A DNA stretch of 64,000 nucleotides from Cycas panzhihuaensis. Its lineage: Eukaryota; Plantae; Cycadophyta. The position numbers and the translations under genes were made by a program. The DNA is taken from contig CM041465.1 in NCBI GenBank assembly GCA_023213395.1, forward strand, positions 189,479,741 through 189,543,740, read 5' to 3'. Within the stretch, counting starts at the first letter, position 1, and each line of letters opens with the position of its first letter. This document shows positions 37,655-50,659 of this stretch, in pieces. Under the pieces are notes generated by a model that was not told the origin of the DNA, did not search any database, and worked only from the letters and a program-made list of their open reading frames with translations.

Positions 37655-39554
37655 TGTTAGAAAATATATAGTCTATGAGAATGACTTGATGACTTCAAAC
37701 CAACCAAAAAATCCAAACGAAGAACGATGATGACTTATGATAATAACTGTAGAGATAAATTTTAGAGATTATCCAAAGAAAAAATACAATTCTTTAACTT
37801 GTTTTAAAAGTAAGAAAATAAGACTTGCTTTACTTAATGAAGTACCAGTTTACTGGTATCAATACTGCAATGTATTACAGTCCCATTATTGTAGAGTTCA
37901 CTGGTTTTGTTTCAAATAAAATAACTTTGTTTCTGTCCTTGATAGTTGCAGGAATGAATGTACTTTTTTCTTATGAGTTTATTCCAAAATAAGGAAAGAT
38001 GACAAAAAACATGTTGAGTTTTTTTTCTTTTTTTCAGTTGAAAAAGAATATGTATATCACATAAGAGATATTTAAAAAAAAATTATATTTATATAGAAAA
38101 GCATGAAAATTTGGTGATTTAATGGAGCCACAAATGAAAGTAGAAAAATTTTCAAATATTGAAGAGAGTATATCAAATAAATAAAATGTATATATATTTG
38201 TATCTGAAATCTTTCAAATATGCTAGAGTAGATATATCAAAGAAATGAAAAAATATATGTTTATATCTGAAAATAAAATAAGAAGAACCTGATAATGCAG
38301 TTGTGGCTGATTTATAGACTTTAGATTCTTCTAGTAGATGGATCTGCTGTAGTATGACTTCTCTAGAAAGCTTGTTAGGCTGAATATGCACCAAATCTTA
38401 CACATATCTGAAAGAAGAACTTGAATAAATGGATCAAATATGCCAAAAAAGGTTAAATATATGATAAAATATGTAGATCTAAAGCAAATATTGCAGATAT
38501 GAAGAAAACATTACAGATCTTAAGTAAATATTACAGATCTAAAGAAAATATTACAGAAAATATTATAGAACTAAAGAAAAATATTGTAGATCTAGAGAAA
38601 ATATTGCAGATCTAAAGTAAACATTGAATATATAAACAAAATAAACTAGAAAATGGTCAAATATTTGATAAAATATGTAGATCTAAAGAATACATAGCAC
38701 GGATCTGGAGAAAACTTGAATGAATGTTGCTTGCAGCTATGCTCCTGCATATATCTAAAAAAAAGTATTAGATAAATAGATAAAGTATGCCTGAAAGTGG
38801 TCAAATATTTGATAGAAATATATAAAACTTATTGATAAAACCTATTTAGAGTGATAAAGACTTGATATTTACTGTTTATAGCTATGCTCCTACACAAATC
38901 TAAATAAATATCTAAAAATAATTTGTTATTTCACAAGTATAACTCAAGAATAATCAAATCTGATGAAAAATAATGCAAAAAACTGCTAAAAAACTTTGTA
39001 GAAGATAAATATAACCAATATTTGCTAGCTTGTGAGTAGATCTACTTAAAATGCCAATAAATCTTCCTTCTTCTCAAAAAATTTCAAATGGAGATGCAAC
39101 TTTAACTTCACAAGGTGGCCTTCAAACTTTAATAATTTAGATAGTAGAAATAGATGACCTGAGACGACTATTCTTTTGTTAAAAAGAATCTTTCTTTTCC
39201 TAAGAAAGTAACTCCTCAAAAGAGATTTCAACATCTTATAGATCAGGCTTTACTAGTGACTCGTGTGTATTGGACTGTGACTGGAAGTACGTGCAACCAT
39301 ACTTGAGCATCTTTTGATAAGCTAGAGAAATCCTGAGCTGTTCTTAAAGCTAATTGTATACAATTGTATCCTCTTCTAATCTCTTTTATTTAGTCTCTAA
39401 CCTGTATATCTGCCCACAAAGGCAATCAAATAAAAATTTATCTGCTTTTACTAAAAGGGACCTTTTTATTATAAACTTACATTGAATGGTTTCTAACTTT
39501 TTTTGCAGTGCAGCTTTTGCCTCCATAAGGAAGTTGGTAAAGCTCAACCTATAC
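37655..39554 (+). repeat. LTR-like block inside X, followed by degenerate Met PBS (tagtataagag, 39555-39565)
   Basis: Starts TGTTAG where EngB homology stops, has internal tandem repeats, ends at a PBS-like motif; no second copy in the window. Confidence 0.5.
38467..38630 (+). repeat. ~20-bp tandem repeat (aaatattgcagatctaaag), about 8 copies
   Basis: Directly visible degenerate units. Confidence 0.85.
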
Positions 39555-41224
39555 TAGTATAAGAGACTTGGTTACATTAGACTATACGAGTTCATCATAC
39601 TGTTTCCTAACTTTCCTCTGGATGACACTCGCTAACGATGTAAAAGGGTAAGGGCAGGTAGCCTGTTGAAGATCACCCTTGACTATCCCACATGTACAAC
39701 CTAACTCTGTCTCCATTGCATTACCTTGCTCTTCTACGTGGCCTGTGTGTACTTGACCTGCATGTCCTCCTCCTATGTGGCCTGCGTGCCCTCTTTTACT
39801 TGGCCTACATGTACCCTTCACCCAATGACTCTTCCTCTGGTACCTATCAGTACGACAACAACGACGTCCTCCACATGATAGCAAACGTGAAGCGCCTCCA
39901 TTAATCATATCAGCCCCTTTGCCTCACATAGGCCATGTGATAGGTTGTAGTAACAGCATAGCAAGGCGGCAGCGACGACTATTATTCCTTTTTTTTTTAT
40001 TTTTTTAATTATTTATAAAGTTTAAAAGAAAAAATTTAATTGAATATATTTTCAAATCCATTTTAAAAAAAGGTTAGCCCCCTTGTGAGATTAGCCCCTG
40101 GTCACTTTAACTCACATGACTATTAGTTATTATTAAAGAGGTCAATTCACTTTTTATAAAACTTTCCTTTTTTATTTAAAAAATTTTTCATTTCACATAG
40201 GGTACTTGGGAAAATTTTGCCATAACTTTTGACTAGGTCATTAGTTTCTGACAAAACCTATCCCATTGTGTTTGAACTTTTTCGATGTATGATTTCAATT
40301 GGTCATATGACCTATTTGGAGCTAATTTGACCATTTTTCAGTCAGTTTAAAGTCGACCATTCATTTTCAAAGCATTTTAAACTAGTTTCACAAAATCACT
40401 TTTTTATCAGATTATATTTTATCACCGAAAGATTATTTTTTACCCAGATCTATTCTATAGTCATCTATTATTAGTAAACATCATCACCATCTATTCATTT
40501 TATTTTTTGCCAGTTATTTTAATCATTATTTTAATCAGCAAAAGTGACACTTTAGCATTTTTTAAACATTTTAACATAAAAACACTTGTTGCTATTTCTA
40601 TTATAACTTTTCTATTTTACATCAGAATTCAGATCCATTAGTTTCGTTGGAAATCTGACTCACTCCTCTTCGAACTGACACTATTATTTATAAGTTTTAA
40701 ATTATTTTTGACTATTTTCAAATCCATTAAAGTTGAGGTACATAATAACCTCTAATTTACGATTATTGCATATTTACATATTATTTCTCAAAGATTTTCA
40801 ACTAAAAATATATTAAGATACTCTTTACACCATATTTGACCATTTTACATTGTTCTACAAGTATTTTACTAGAATTTTTATAATATTTTGAGCCCCAAGC
40901 TCTTGTTAAGCCTTAAACAGAGGACCACATACTTTGTTCATTAAATCTTGACTTGTAGGAACCTGTTTTCAAAACGGTCAGTTCTATTGAATATTTTTTT
41001 CTTTAAAGCTACTAAACTTAAGCAATTAGTATATTCTAACAGCCTTTTTACTTATTATAATAGTTGCATTTACTTGATATACTTTCCAAAGGCATCTTTC
41101 ATTTTTTTAAAAGGTATTACATTTCTTACAAAGAATATATTTGACATCATATAAGTTTGTCATTTATTGAGTTCTTTGACTTGGTAAAAGTATATTCCTT
41201 TTATGTACTAAAGTTTTTGGTAAA

Positions 41225-41923
41225 ATGATAATCAATCTTAATAAAGTACAATTTCCTATATTTAATGGCCATAATTTTTCACTATGGTATAAGACAATAC
41301 AAAATTATTTTATTACACATGATCTTTGGAAATATTTACAAGATGAATATGATGTTAATATTAAGGAAAATATTAAAAAAGACAATGAATCCTTAGCTTT
41401 ACTATTTTGCACTATAGATGATAATGTCTTTTCTAAAGTTTATGAACTAACAAACTTCAAATCTATGTGGGACATTTTGGTTTCTACTTATAGGGGAGAT
41501 ACCCTCAATGAATTTAATATTAATATTGTTGAGCATGTGAGATAAGTGCCAGAACAGGTGGATTATAATGACAAGACCAAGGAAGATTCAAGTCAAATGC
41601 ATAATCATCTTACTGCACAAGAACCTGATCCTCTATTTGAGGAGAAGAGATATGATGATATGATAGTTGCTCATAACACAAAGTTTTTAGAAGACAAAGT
41701 TAAAGTTCCAGGAGATAAATTCAAAGTCAAAGTTGTAGCTACACTTCCACATTTGAATGAAGCTTTATTTACTTACAGTTTTTTTATACCACTCAATGGT
41801 ACAAGGACATACATTGCTAAAAGGATAAGAAGAGTAGATAATGATCAAGCTACAAAACAGATTTTCAAAACTTTTTTCAACTACAAGTTCCATAAGTTTA
41901 AGGAGAAGATAAGTTGTTCGTGA
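41225..41923 (+). pseudogene. Copia gag N-terminus fused in frame to an RNase H-tail-like C-terminus (single internal stop)
   Basis: ORFs 41225-41545 and 41546-41923 are in one frame; FPIFNGHNFSLW..ITHDLW (copia gag start); ends NDQATKQIFKTFFNYKFHKFKEKI just before PPT ttaagggggagaa. Confidence 0.8.
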
Positions 41924-41942
41924 TGACCATTAAGGGGGAGAA

Positions 41943-42333
41943 TGTTGGGGTTAATGATCATCACCCCACTCCCACCTTTAAACTAGGAGTGCACACATTA
42001 CTCTCACCAATTTACATATGTGGGTGCTCACATGTAAAGGTAAGTATAAGGTAAGGTTAAGTTAATTTGATTTAATTTGAGTTAAGTTCATTTGAGTTAA
42101 GTTATATTTTATTGTTGTTTAACTTTTAAGGGTTGAAGAGTTTCCCTCCTCCCCTAAATTATATATTTCGAGGGGTGTGCAACCCTGGTGTCTTTAGATA
42201 CTACATACTTTTAAACATTTGTAATACTCTCTATACAATAATGGATTGAATATAAAACATTTTTTGTTTATGCAACAATGGAATGATTATGTGTTTATGT
42301 TCTACCATGTTCTCCATTATTTATTTTTCTACA
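41943..42333 (+). repeat. 3' LTR of X
   Basis: TG directly after PPT; ends CA followed by TSD TCAAT. Confidence 0.8.
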
Positions 42334-42429
42334 TCAATCAATAGACCCCAAAATTTAGAGTAAAATAACTAAATAAAGTGAAAAATAAATGGAGTTCTGA
42401 TGAAATTCTAAATGTTGGCACATAATCCT

Positions 42430-42719
42430 CCCTAGGTTGAAAAGAATTCTTTCCTTGTAAATTATTATGATGAATTTCTTACTATTTGTCAAGATTCAAT
42501 TACTTTAGTTCTTCTTCAGTTATCTAGGCATTATCTACTTATGCTAGACCTTTCTACTACACTAGGTACTTATTATAATTTTCTTATTGTGTACTTATTA
42601 TCTTCATATCTAATATCTACTCAAGTTATTCTCACTTCTTCCTTGGTATTTAGGGCTCCCAACTTGCCACTTTACTATCATAATCTACGTCTTTATCTCT
42701 TTCATACATATATACATAC

Positions 42720-42816
<97 letters not shown>

Positions 42817-42823
42817 TACATAC

Positions 42824-42879
<56 letters not shown>

Positions 42880-45800
42880 CATTAAAAATAAAACAGATAT
42901 CAAAATATTTAGGAAGATCCACCTCATATGCATTATCATTAATACTTTTTATAATTTAACATGGACCAACCATTTTGTATTTGAGCTTGTTATAGGTCCC
43001 TTGGGAGAATCTATCTTTCCTTAAATAAACCATTACTAATTCATCTTCTTCAAATACCTTATAACTATGGGTCCTGTCTATTGCTTACTTATACTTTTTA
43101 TTGGTGTCCTGTAACTTTTTCCTTACCTCCCCATGAACCTATTCTATATTCTATGTATAAGCTTCTGCATTGTCACTCACTTATTCCCCAATGGGTTGAT
43201 GCATTAAATCTAATATACCCTTAGGTTTTTTTCTATACACAACTTGAAAATATGACTTACCTATTGACCTATTTATAAAACTATTATATACAAATTCTAC
43301 CTAAGCTAATTCTAAATCCCATTGTTTGGGTTTCTCACTAATAATGCATCTTAGCAAGTTTCCCAAACTTCTGTTTACCACTTCAGTTTTCCCATTAGTA
43401 TGTAGGTGGTAGGCACTACTAAACTAAAGTTTTGTTCCCAACTTCTTCCATAGAGTCTTCCAAAAATAGCTCAAGAACTCTATATCTTGATCTAAAGTAA
43501 TAGTCTTAGGAATACCATATAACCTTATAACCTCTTTAAATAATAAATCTGCTATTCTAACATAATCATTTATCTTCTTACATACAATAAAATGAGCCAT
43601 TTTTAGAAAGTGATCAATAACAATAAAAACTAAATCATTAACTCTTTGTGTATGTGGTAATCCTAATATGAAGTTTATGCTTAAGTCTATCCATGGTCCT
43701 TTAGGTACTGTTAAGGGTATATATAAGCCAATATTCTATGCATGTCCCTTAGCCATTTGGAATATCCTATATTATGCCATAAATCTTACCACATCACCCT
43801 TTACTCAAGGCCAAAAATATTTTTCTTCTACTAGAGCTATGGTCTTATTTTCACCAAAATGCCCTCTAAGCCCTCTATTATATAGCTTTGTATGATGTTC
43901 TCTCTCATAAAGCCTTATAGGATGTATAATTATCTTTTCTTAAATAGGTAGCCATCCTGCATAAAGTAATCATTAAAGGAAGAACCACATCCCTCAATTA
44001 GAGGATTCTTACAGTGCTTAGAAATTATTCTAAAGTCAGGGTCTGAGTCATATAAATCATTAATGGCTTTAAATCCAGTCACCTCATTTTCCATGGTGGT
44101 CAATAATGGCACTCACCTACTCAATGCATCAACAACATGATTATGTTTACCTGATATATGCTTCAAGATAATTGTAAAGCTTTGGAGATAAGATACCTAC
44201 TTAGCATGCCTAGTATTTAATTTCCTTTTAGTATTTACATACCTTAAATCTTAGTGATTAGTGAACAAGATAAATTCCTTAGGTATGGGGTAATGCCTCT
44301 AATGCCTCAAAGCTTAGACAATTACATAAAATTCCAAGTCATAGGTTGAATACCTTCTTCTTACCTCATCAAGCTTCTCACTATAAAATGTTATAGGTCT
44401 TTCTTCTTGGATAACCACTACTCTAATTGGAATATATGAAGCATCACAATCGACCTCAAATACTTTCTCAAAGTTTGGTAGTACGATAATTGGTGCCTCA
44501 TCTACCTTTTTCTTTAAGAGTTGGAAGCTATTCTCTGCTTCCTTGGTCCATGTCAACTTATTACCCTTCATATAGTCTATTAAGGGTGCAATAATTCCAC
44601 TAAAGTTTCTAATGAACTTTCTATAAAATTAAGTCAAACCATGTAAACTTTTTACCTCTTTCATAGCCTTAGATATTATCCAATCAATAATTTTCGTGAT
44701 CTTCTCATCCATTTGCAATCCCTCTTGTGAAATCACAAAGCCTAGAAATACTAGGCTCCCTTACATAAACTCACACTTCTTTATATTTGCATATAACTTC
44801 TCTTGTCTTAATACTTCAAGTACCATCCTTAAGTGTATTAAGTGATCCTCCTTAGTATTACTAAAAATAAGAATATCATTAAAATACACAACTATAAACT
44901 TACTAATAAATGATCACAACACAATATTCATCAATTACATGAATATGCTTAGGATATTTGACATTCCAAATGGCATGACTAGCTATTTATACAATTCATC
45001 CTTCATCTTGAAGGTTGTTTTCCACTTGTCCCCTTCGTAAATTTGAATGTAATGATACCTACTCTTGAGGTAAATCTTTGTAAAGTAGGAAGCACCTGCT
45101 AATACATCCAGTATATCATCCATATGAGGTATAGGGAATTGATATTTAATTATTATCTTGTTGATTACTCTAAAATTAACACACATTTGTCATAATCCAT
45201 CTTTCTTTAGAGTCATCGATGCTAGAATTGCACAGGGACTCAAAAATTCTCTAACCATTCCCTTCTATATAAATTCGTTGACTTATTGATTTAACTCCTC
45301 ATTCTCCATTAGGCTTACCTAATAAGCTACCTGGTTTGATAAGCTTGACCCTAGGATTAGGTCAATTTGGTGTTGAATGTCTATCATTGGTGGTAAGCCA
45401 TCGGGTAACTCATCTGGCATAACATCATTGTACTCCTGTAATAACCCTACTACCTCTCTTGGTATCTCTGTGTTATCCTTCTTTATCTATATTACCATCA
45501 AGGCATAATAAGTACCAACCTTTCATATATATTTCATAAATTCTTTAGTAGTCAACATGCTTTCTGCATGTCCTTCTTCCTTAAGTGGTAATAACGTCAC
45601 CTCAATACCATTCTTCCAAAAAGTATAGGTATTATTCTTACCATCATGAAAGGCATCCCTTTCATACTACCATTGTCTCCCTAATAATAAATGGCATGCA
45701 TCCATTAGGCTCACATCATACCATATCTCATCTTGATATGATTTCCCAATGCTAAATTTAATTAAGCATGTTTTGTCAAAAGTCATCTCATTTCCTTTTT

Positions 45801-47150
45801 GAACCAAGAAATATGGTATGAATATGGATGTACTTCACAATGTAATCTTAAATTTTCTACTATTTCATTTGAGACCATATTCTTACAACTACCACCATTA
45901 ATTATAACTTTGTATACCTTTCCTCCCACAGTACATCTTACCCTAAAAATATTATTTTATAACCATGAATTATCATCCATATTTACCTTTATTTTATTCT
46001 GTATGGGTTGTTGTCTAGGTGCTATCATGGTTCTTTAAAGCATTAAGTTCTCACCTTCATTTGCTATGACTCCTTTATTATCATCTTCATTTTGGGCCAA
46101 TCTTATCCTTGGATGGTCTTCTTACCTTCTATATTATTCCTCATGATGAGGACATTCAAATGCCCTGTGTCCCTCTTCCCCATATTTGAAACAAATAAAA
46201 GGTCCTCTTCATCCTCTTCCACTACCAAAAACTTTGCCTCATTGGGCTCCTGGAAATCCTCTTCCCCTAAGTTGGTTCTAAGCTCCTTGCCCTCCTTGCA
46301 TTTTGCCCTGCCTCTTGACTTCTTGTCTTTCCATCCTATTGGATGATTCTCATGTCACATAGGGTATTTCTCCTCTACCTCTATACAAAGGTGATGAACA
46401 TGTTCTCATTACAGAGGGTATTTAAGTGGTATATCTATTTTTCTTCTCTTTTACCTTCAATTCTAATTGATATGCATCTTCCATGCTTTTAACTCTATGC
46501 ATGTTGAGTTCATCTTGAATTGAAAACTTTAAATCATTTATATACCTTACAGCAACTTTCTCATCTATCTCCTCATGTTTCACATAAATGGAAAGCTTAT
46601 AGAACTCATTTGTATATTCTTGTATTGTCATTTCTTTTTGCTTTAAGTTATAGAACTTTCTGAAAAGGGTTTGAGAATATTCAATTAGTAGAAACTTCTC
46701 TTTCAACTTCTTTACCATTTTAGTCCATGTCCTAATCTTTTCTTTGCCTTTATTTATCCTCTCCTTTTGCAAGTGATCCTACCAAATAGTTGCATGTGCA
46801 TTTAACTTTATATGTGCAAACTTTACCTTTTTTTCTTCAATCATTCTTTTCCATTTAAAGAACTTCTCCATGGCATTTAAAAAATCTACTAACTCCTTTA
46901 GTTTTACACACCCCTAGTAGTCTAGAATGTCAATCTTAATTCCATCACTCTTATCTTCAAGTACTTTTAAGAATATTTCTTCTGTTGCCTATGGTTCTTA
47001 TGGCTCATCCTATTTGAATCTCATACCATCATCACTTAATGCTTCTACTTAACTGGTATTTCCTCTGTGCCTTTGTCTTAATACTATGGTAGTAAGTCGT
47101 TCTATCCTTCTTTGCAACTCCTACAAGTTTATGTTCATTTCAACATACTC
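42430..47150 (-). pseudogene. gag-pol of F with C-terminal chromodomain
   Basis: ORFs 46422-46772 (gag), 44983-45186 (RT), 44314-44571 (RH VFEVDCDAS, YSTYDLEFY); INT FSSAYHL; chromodomain [27 protein letters not shown] ~42500-42620. Confidence 0.92.
42703..42878. repeat. Compound (TACA)n/(TA)n microsatellite inside F integrase
   Basis: Directly visible. Confidence 0.97.
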
Positions 47151-48399
47151 TTCCTCCTCTTCATGTCATTTTTTGGCTTCTCTTCTCTTTACCTAACTAC
47201 TTTAGGTCCCAAAGCTTTTCTTGTAAGCTTTCTGCAATGCTCCTAAGCCCTAATGAGTCTTCCTTACCCTTTCAATAGGAATACTTTGAAACCTATATAG
47301 TCTCTTCAATAATTATCTGGTATAATACTTTAATTTTTTATGGTTCTTTTCTTCAACCCTAGAGCTAAACCATGCTTTGATACTAGATGATTAGGGTAGC
47401 CTATAAGGAAAAGATTCTATCTCATATGCACCAAACCTAAAAACAAGAAAGAGCTAAGGAAAAAGTTCCAATAATAAAGAAATTCATTTTTACTTTGAAT
47501 TCCATTCCATTCCATTCAAATCTACTAAAAGATAATCTAAAATTACATTTATATAAGTAAAATTAGGAAGTCTAGAAACTTCTAACCCTAACCCTAAAAG
47601 TAAGTGAAAATAAGAAATTCTTACCCTAGTTTAATTGCCATTAGTATCCTTAGATTGGAAAAAACTTAATTTCCAAATGTTTGATCTATACAATAATAAA
47701 TATGGCTTTGTAATCAAGGGGCCTCACGAGTTGATCCACCTTCAAAAATTCTAATCCTAATTCTTAACTAATTGAGTAGGGTATTACATTGTGTGTTGAA
47801 GCTATATCTACTATACAATTGTGAAACATGAAGTGTTCATGAATATTGAGGTATATATAAAATGAAGGGTTCTTAGACTTCATAGGATGGATGACTTCTT
47901 TAATTACTTATTCACCCTACATCATCATGCCATTTGTACTATCCTCTTTTTACTACTACATATGAACTTCCCTCTCCCTTTGAGCAAGGAGATTCATGGC
48001 TTAATGTAAATTCATGATAGTGGGATATCTTATTAGATCTTTTACAATATTGTGTTCTTAAAACAATAATATAGGCATGTTATCTAAATATTTTGGTGGG
48101 GTTGGTCATTTGGCAGGAAGTGGGTTTGTAAGGGTTTGATTAATAAATTACTTCATGGGCTATTATACCATTATTACTTGATTAGGTCTTGAAATAATTC
48201 CTCTCTAATCATCTAGAATCATGCTCCCTTGCCTTATCCCTTATGCTACCCCCTGAGGTCTTACTAATATTACAAAGTCTAAATCATTAGCAGTACTCAT
48301 TTCTAGCTCTATGAATAAATCCATTGAGGGCTTATCAACTTAGGAAGAAGAATGTTTTCCTTCTATTAGTCATGATAATAAATATAATAAATTAATTAC

Positions 48400-49340
48400 T
48401 TATTCATTAATGAGTAGGTCCTATAATTCCTATTCATAATTAGTTACATCATGTTCAAGCTTAATCCTCCTCATTATTATAGGATGATAAGGCTTCTTTT
48501 CCTTAGCTTGCCTCTTCCAGTACTACAAGTCATTGTTCAATTTTCTTATGAAGGCTTAGGCTTGATAATTTAAGGATTATTATTATGTGGGAGGTGCTTC
48601 CTTCCTTGGTTGAAAAGTAAGTGGGGGACTGGTCCTTCTAAATTTACCCATTAGTATCTTCATCTTGATGGTTAGATGCTTTGCCTCCTCACTTATGGTT
48701 AGAAGCTTATACATCAATATTAGCCTTATGTCCTTATCTATTCTTTCTAAGAATAATTGTAATTGAGCCTCATCTAAAGGCCTCTTATTTAAACTAATCC
48801 TCTTCATTATCTTTTCAAATAATTGAATAGTTAGATATTGACTCCTTAAGGCCTCTCTTAATGGTGGAGGTTTCCCTCATTAGTGATGCATCAGATTTGG
48901 TGATAAAGTATTTTGGCTTAAAGGATTACATTAGCATCTTCTGATAAGTAATAGTTCTAATAGGTAGGGATTATAACCAATTTATTACTCTACCCTTGAT
49001 CAAGTACTCAAATAACTTTACTACCATATTAACTCAAGTTATATTAAGAATTTTATTCATTAAAGAAAATTTCTCAAGGTGTTGTTCACCAATTATAGTA
49101 CCATATCAAATAAACTTAAGAGAAAAAATCTAAGCCTTATTTGGACCATCATGCAAAACACCCATGAAATCAATGGCATCAAGATAATTAGTCATCAATG
49201 GTATAAGATCACCATTATTGTATCCTCTATTATTTTGGTCTCATCTATAATTTTGATTATTACCTCTTCCAAAAAATTTCCTAATATCTTGTCTTCCATG
49301 CTTCATATTATCCCCCATTTATTCAAGCTAAAATTCATTT
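48400..49340 (-). pseudogene. Ty3/gypsy gag remnant
   Basis: GEQHLEKFS..VVKLFEYLIKGRVINWL*SLPIRTI (~48950-49100) and ORF 48583-48807. Confidence 0.6.
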
Positions 49341-50659
49341 AGTTCCTCTTTTATGGTATATGGCTCATAACCTCATAAAAGAGTGTGGGCCTAAAATGGC
49401 CTCCTAGATCTTCTCCAAAAAAGTTATAGTAAATCTTTCTCTATATCCCAATTTACTTGGAAGAAAGTACATGGCTTGGTAGGCTACTCCTCCAACCTAG
49501 TGGAATATTATATAGATAAAATAATTCCAATAAAAGTTTATATAGACTTACTTGAAAATGCATAGGTTTTGGACCAATGTCCATAGTATGCTTGCTAATT
49601 ATGTTGTTATTTGTATTTATGCCATCAAAAATGCCTTTATAAATAGTGCCCATAGTCTACTCTATGTAAGGGTGGTGATAATAATTATGGATCAAAGACC
49701 ATTCACTTGAATGGGAGCAATTTCCTTTTATTAAAACCATGTGGATTTATGTATCCATAATTAATATATTAAAGATATTTACATGGACTAAACTAGTATG
49801 AGAAAAAAAAAAAAAAAAAAGATTAATGATCCCTTAAGTTGGTTAATGTGAGCAAACCAACCTTGCTAAATCACTCAACCACTAACTAAAAGGACTCACT
49901 AAACATAGGAATTATGAATAAGATATAAAACCAAAAGACTAATTGGATAGACCATCCTTTCTAAATCATCCCTCTAGTCATTAGGATTTTAGAGGAAGGA
50001 GGGATAATGGTGTAACAAAGGTAATTAGTAATGTATAGTGATTTTCCAATAGTGTTTGGGTGTATCAGCCTTACTAAATAACTCAAAATATACTCAACAA
50101 CATATTAATCATTGTAGGTGCCTAACATCACTAGATTATAATATATATATTCATTCATGAACCACTTGCTTAAATAATTTTCATAAATTCTTAATGAATC
50201 AATATATTAAAATATATAAGATTGTGTTACACACTAATACTAGCTAGGGATAAATAAGTTTGTAATATATCAAGATATTAGAAGATGGATAATTTACAAA
50301 GAATTTTAGGAGTAGAGCTACCTTAGAACTCCTAAGAAAAATTTGAGAATCTCCTAAAGATTGTGAGTTTATAAAGAAATATTAGATCAACACTGCCTAA
50401 GAGTCCTTAAGACAAACTAGCAATATCTTCAAAAAATAATGATCAACACTTCATAGTTTCCACCTATTTAGTATTTACACCACTATCAAGCTTCCTATCT
50501 TAACCCAAGATTCATACTTGGATTTATTTAAATGATGTGATAACCTAAAAGGATAATTATATTATTAGATTTTGAAGAAAAGGGAATTCACATAACACAA
50601 AAGAAAAATAGAAAGAATAAGAAGGCTTAGGATGCAAGTGAAAGAGCTTTGATACCAAA

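Larger units (their letters stand above)
37018..42333 (+). mobile_element. Insertion X: composite TG..CA unit with TCAAT TSD carrying host gene fragments, an LTR-like block, PBS, gag-only copia core and a different 3' LTR
   Basis: TCAAT at 37013-37017 and 42334-42338. Removing X restores sequence collinear with the uninterrupted solo LTR at ~58015-58075 (reverse complement). Confidence 0.8.
36496..47924 (-). mobile_element. Element F: CRM-clade chromovirus; 3' LTR (36496-42425) split by insertion X
   Basis: PBS 47374-47385; 5' LTR from 47388 (end ~47924 tentative); PPT next to 42425; LTR termini tgatg..cataa/catca; shared block attccattccattccattcaaatct at ~36608 and ~47500. Confidence 0.8.

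Noticed and set aside
39582-39908. 108-aa and 70-aa ORFs in the GC-richer leader
   Set aside because: No recognisable domain; explained by short C-rich repeats in a retroelement leader
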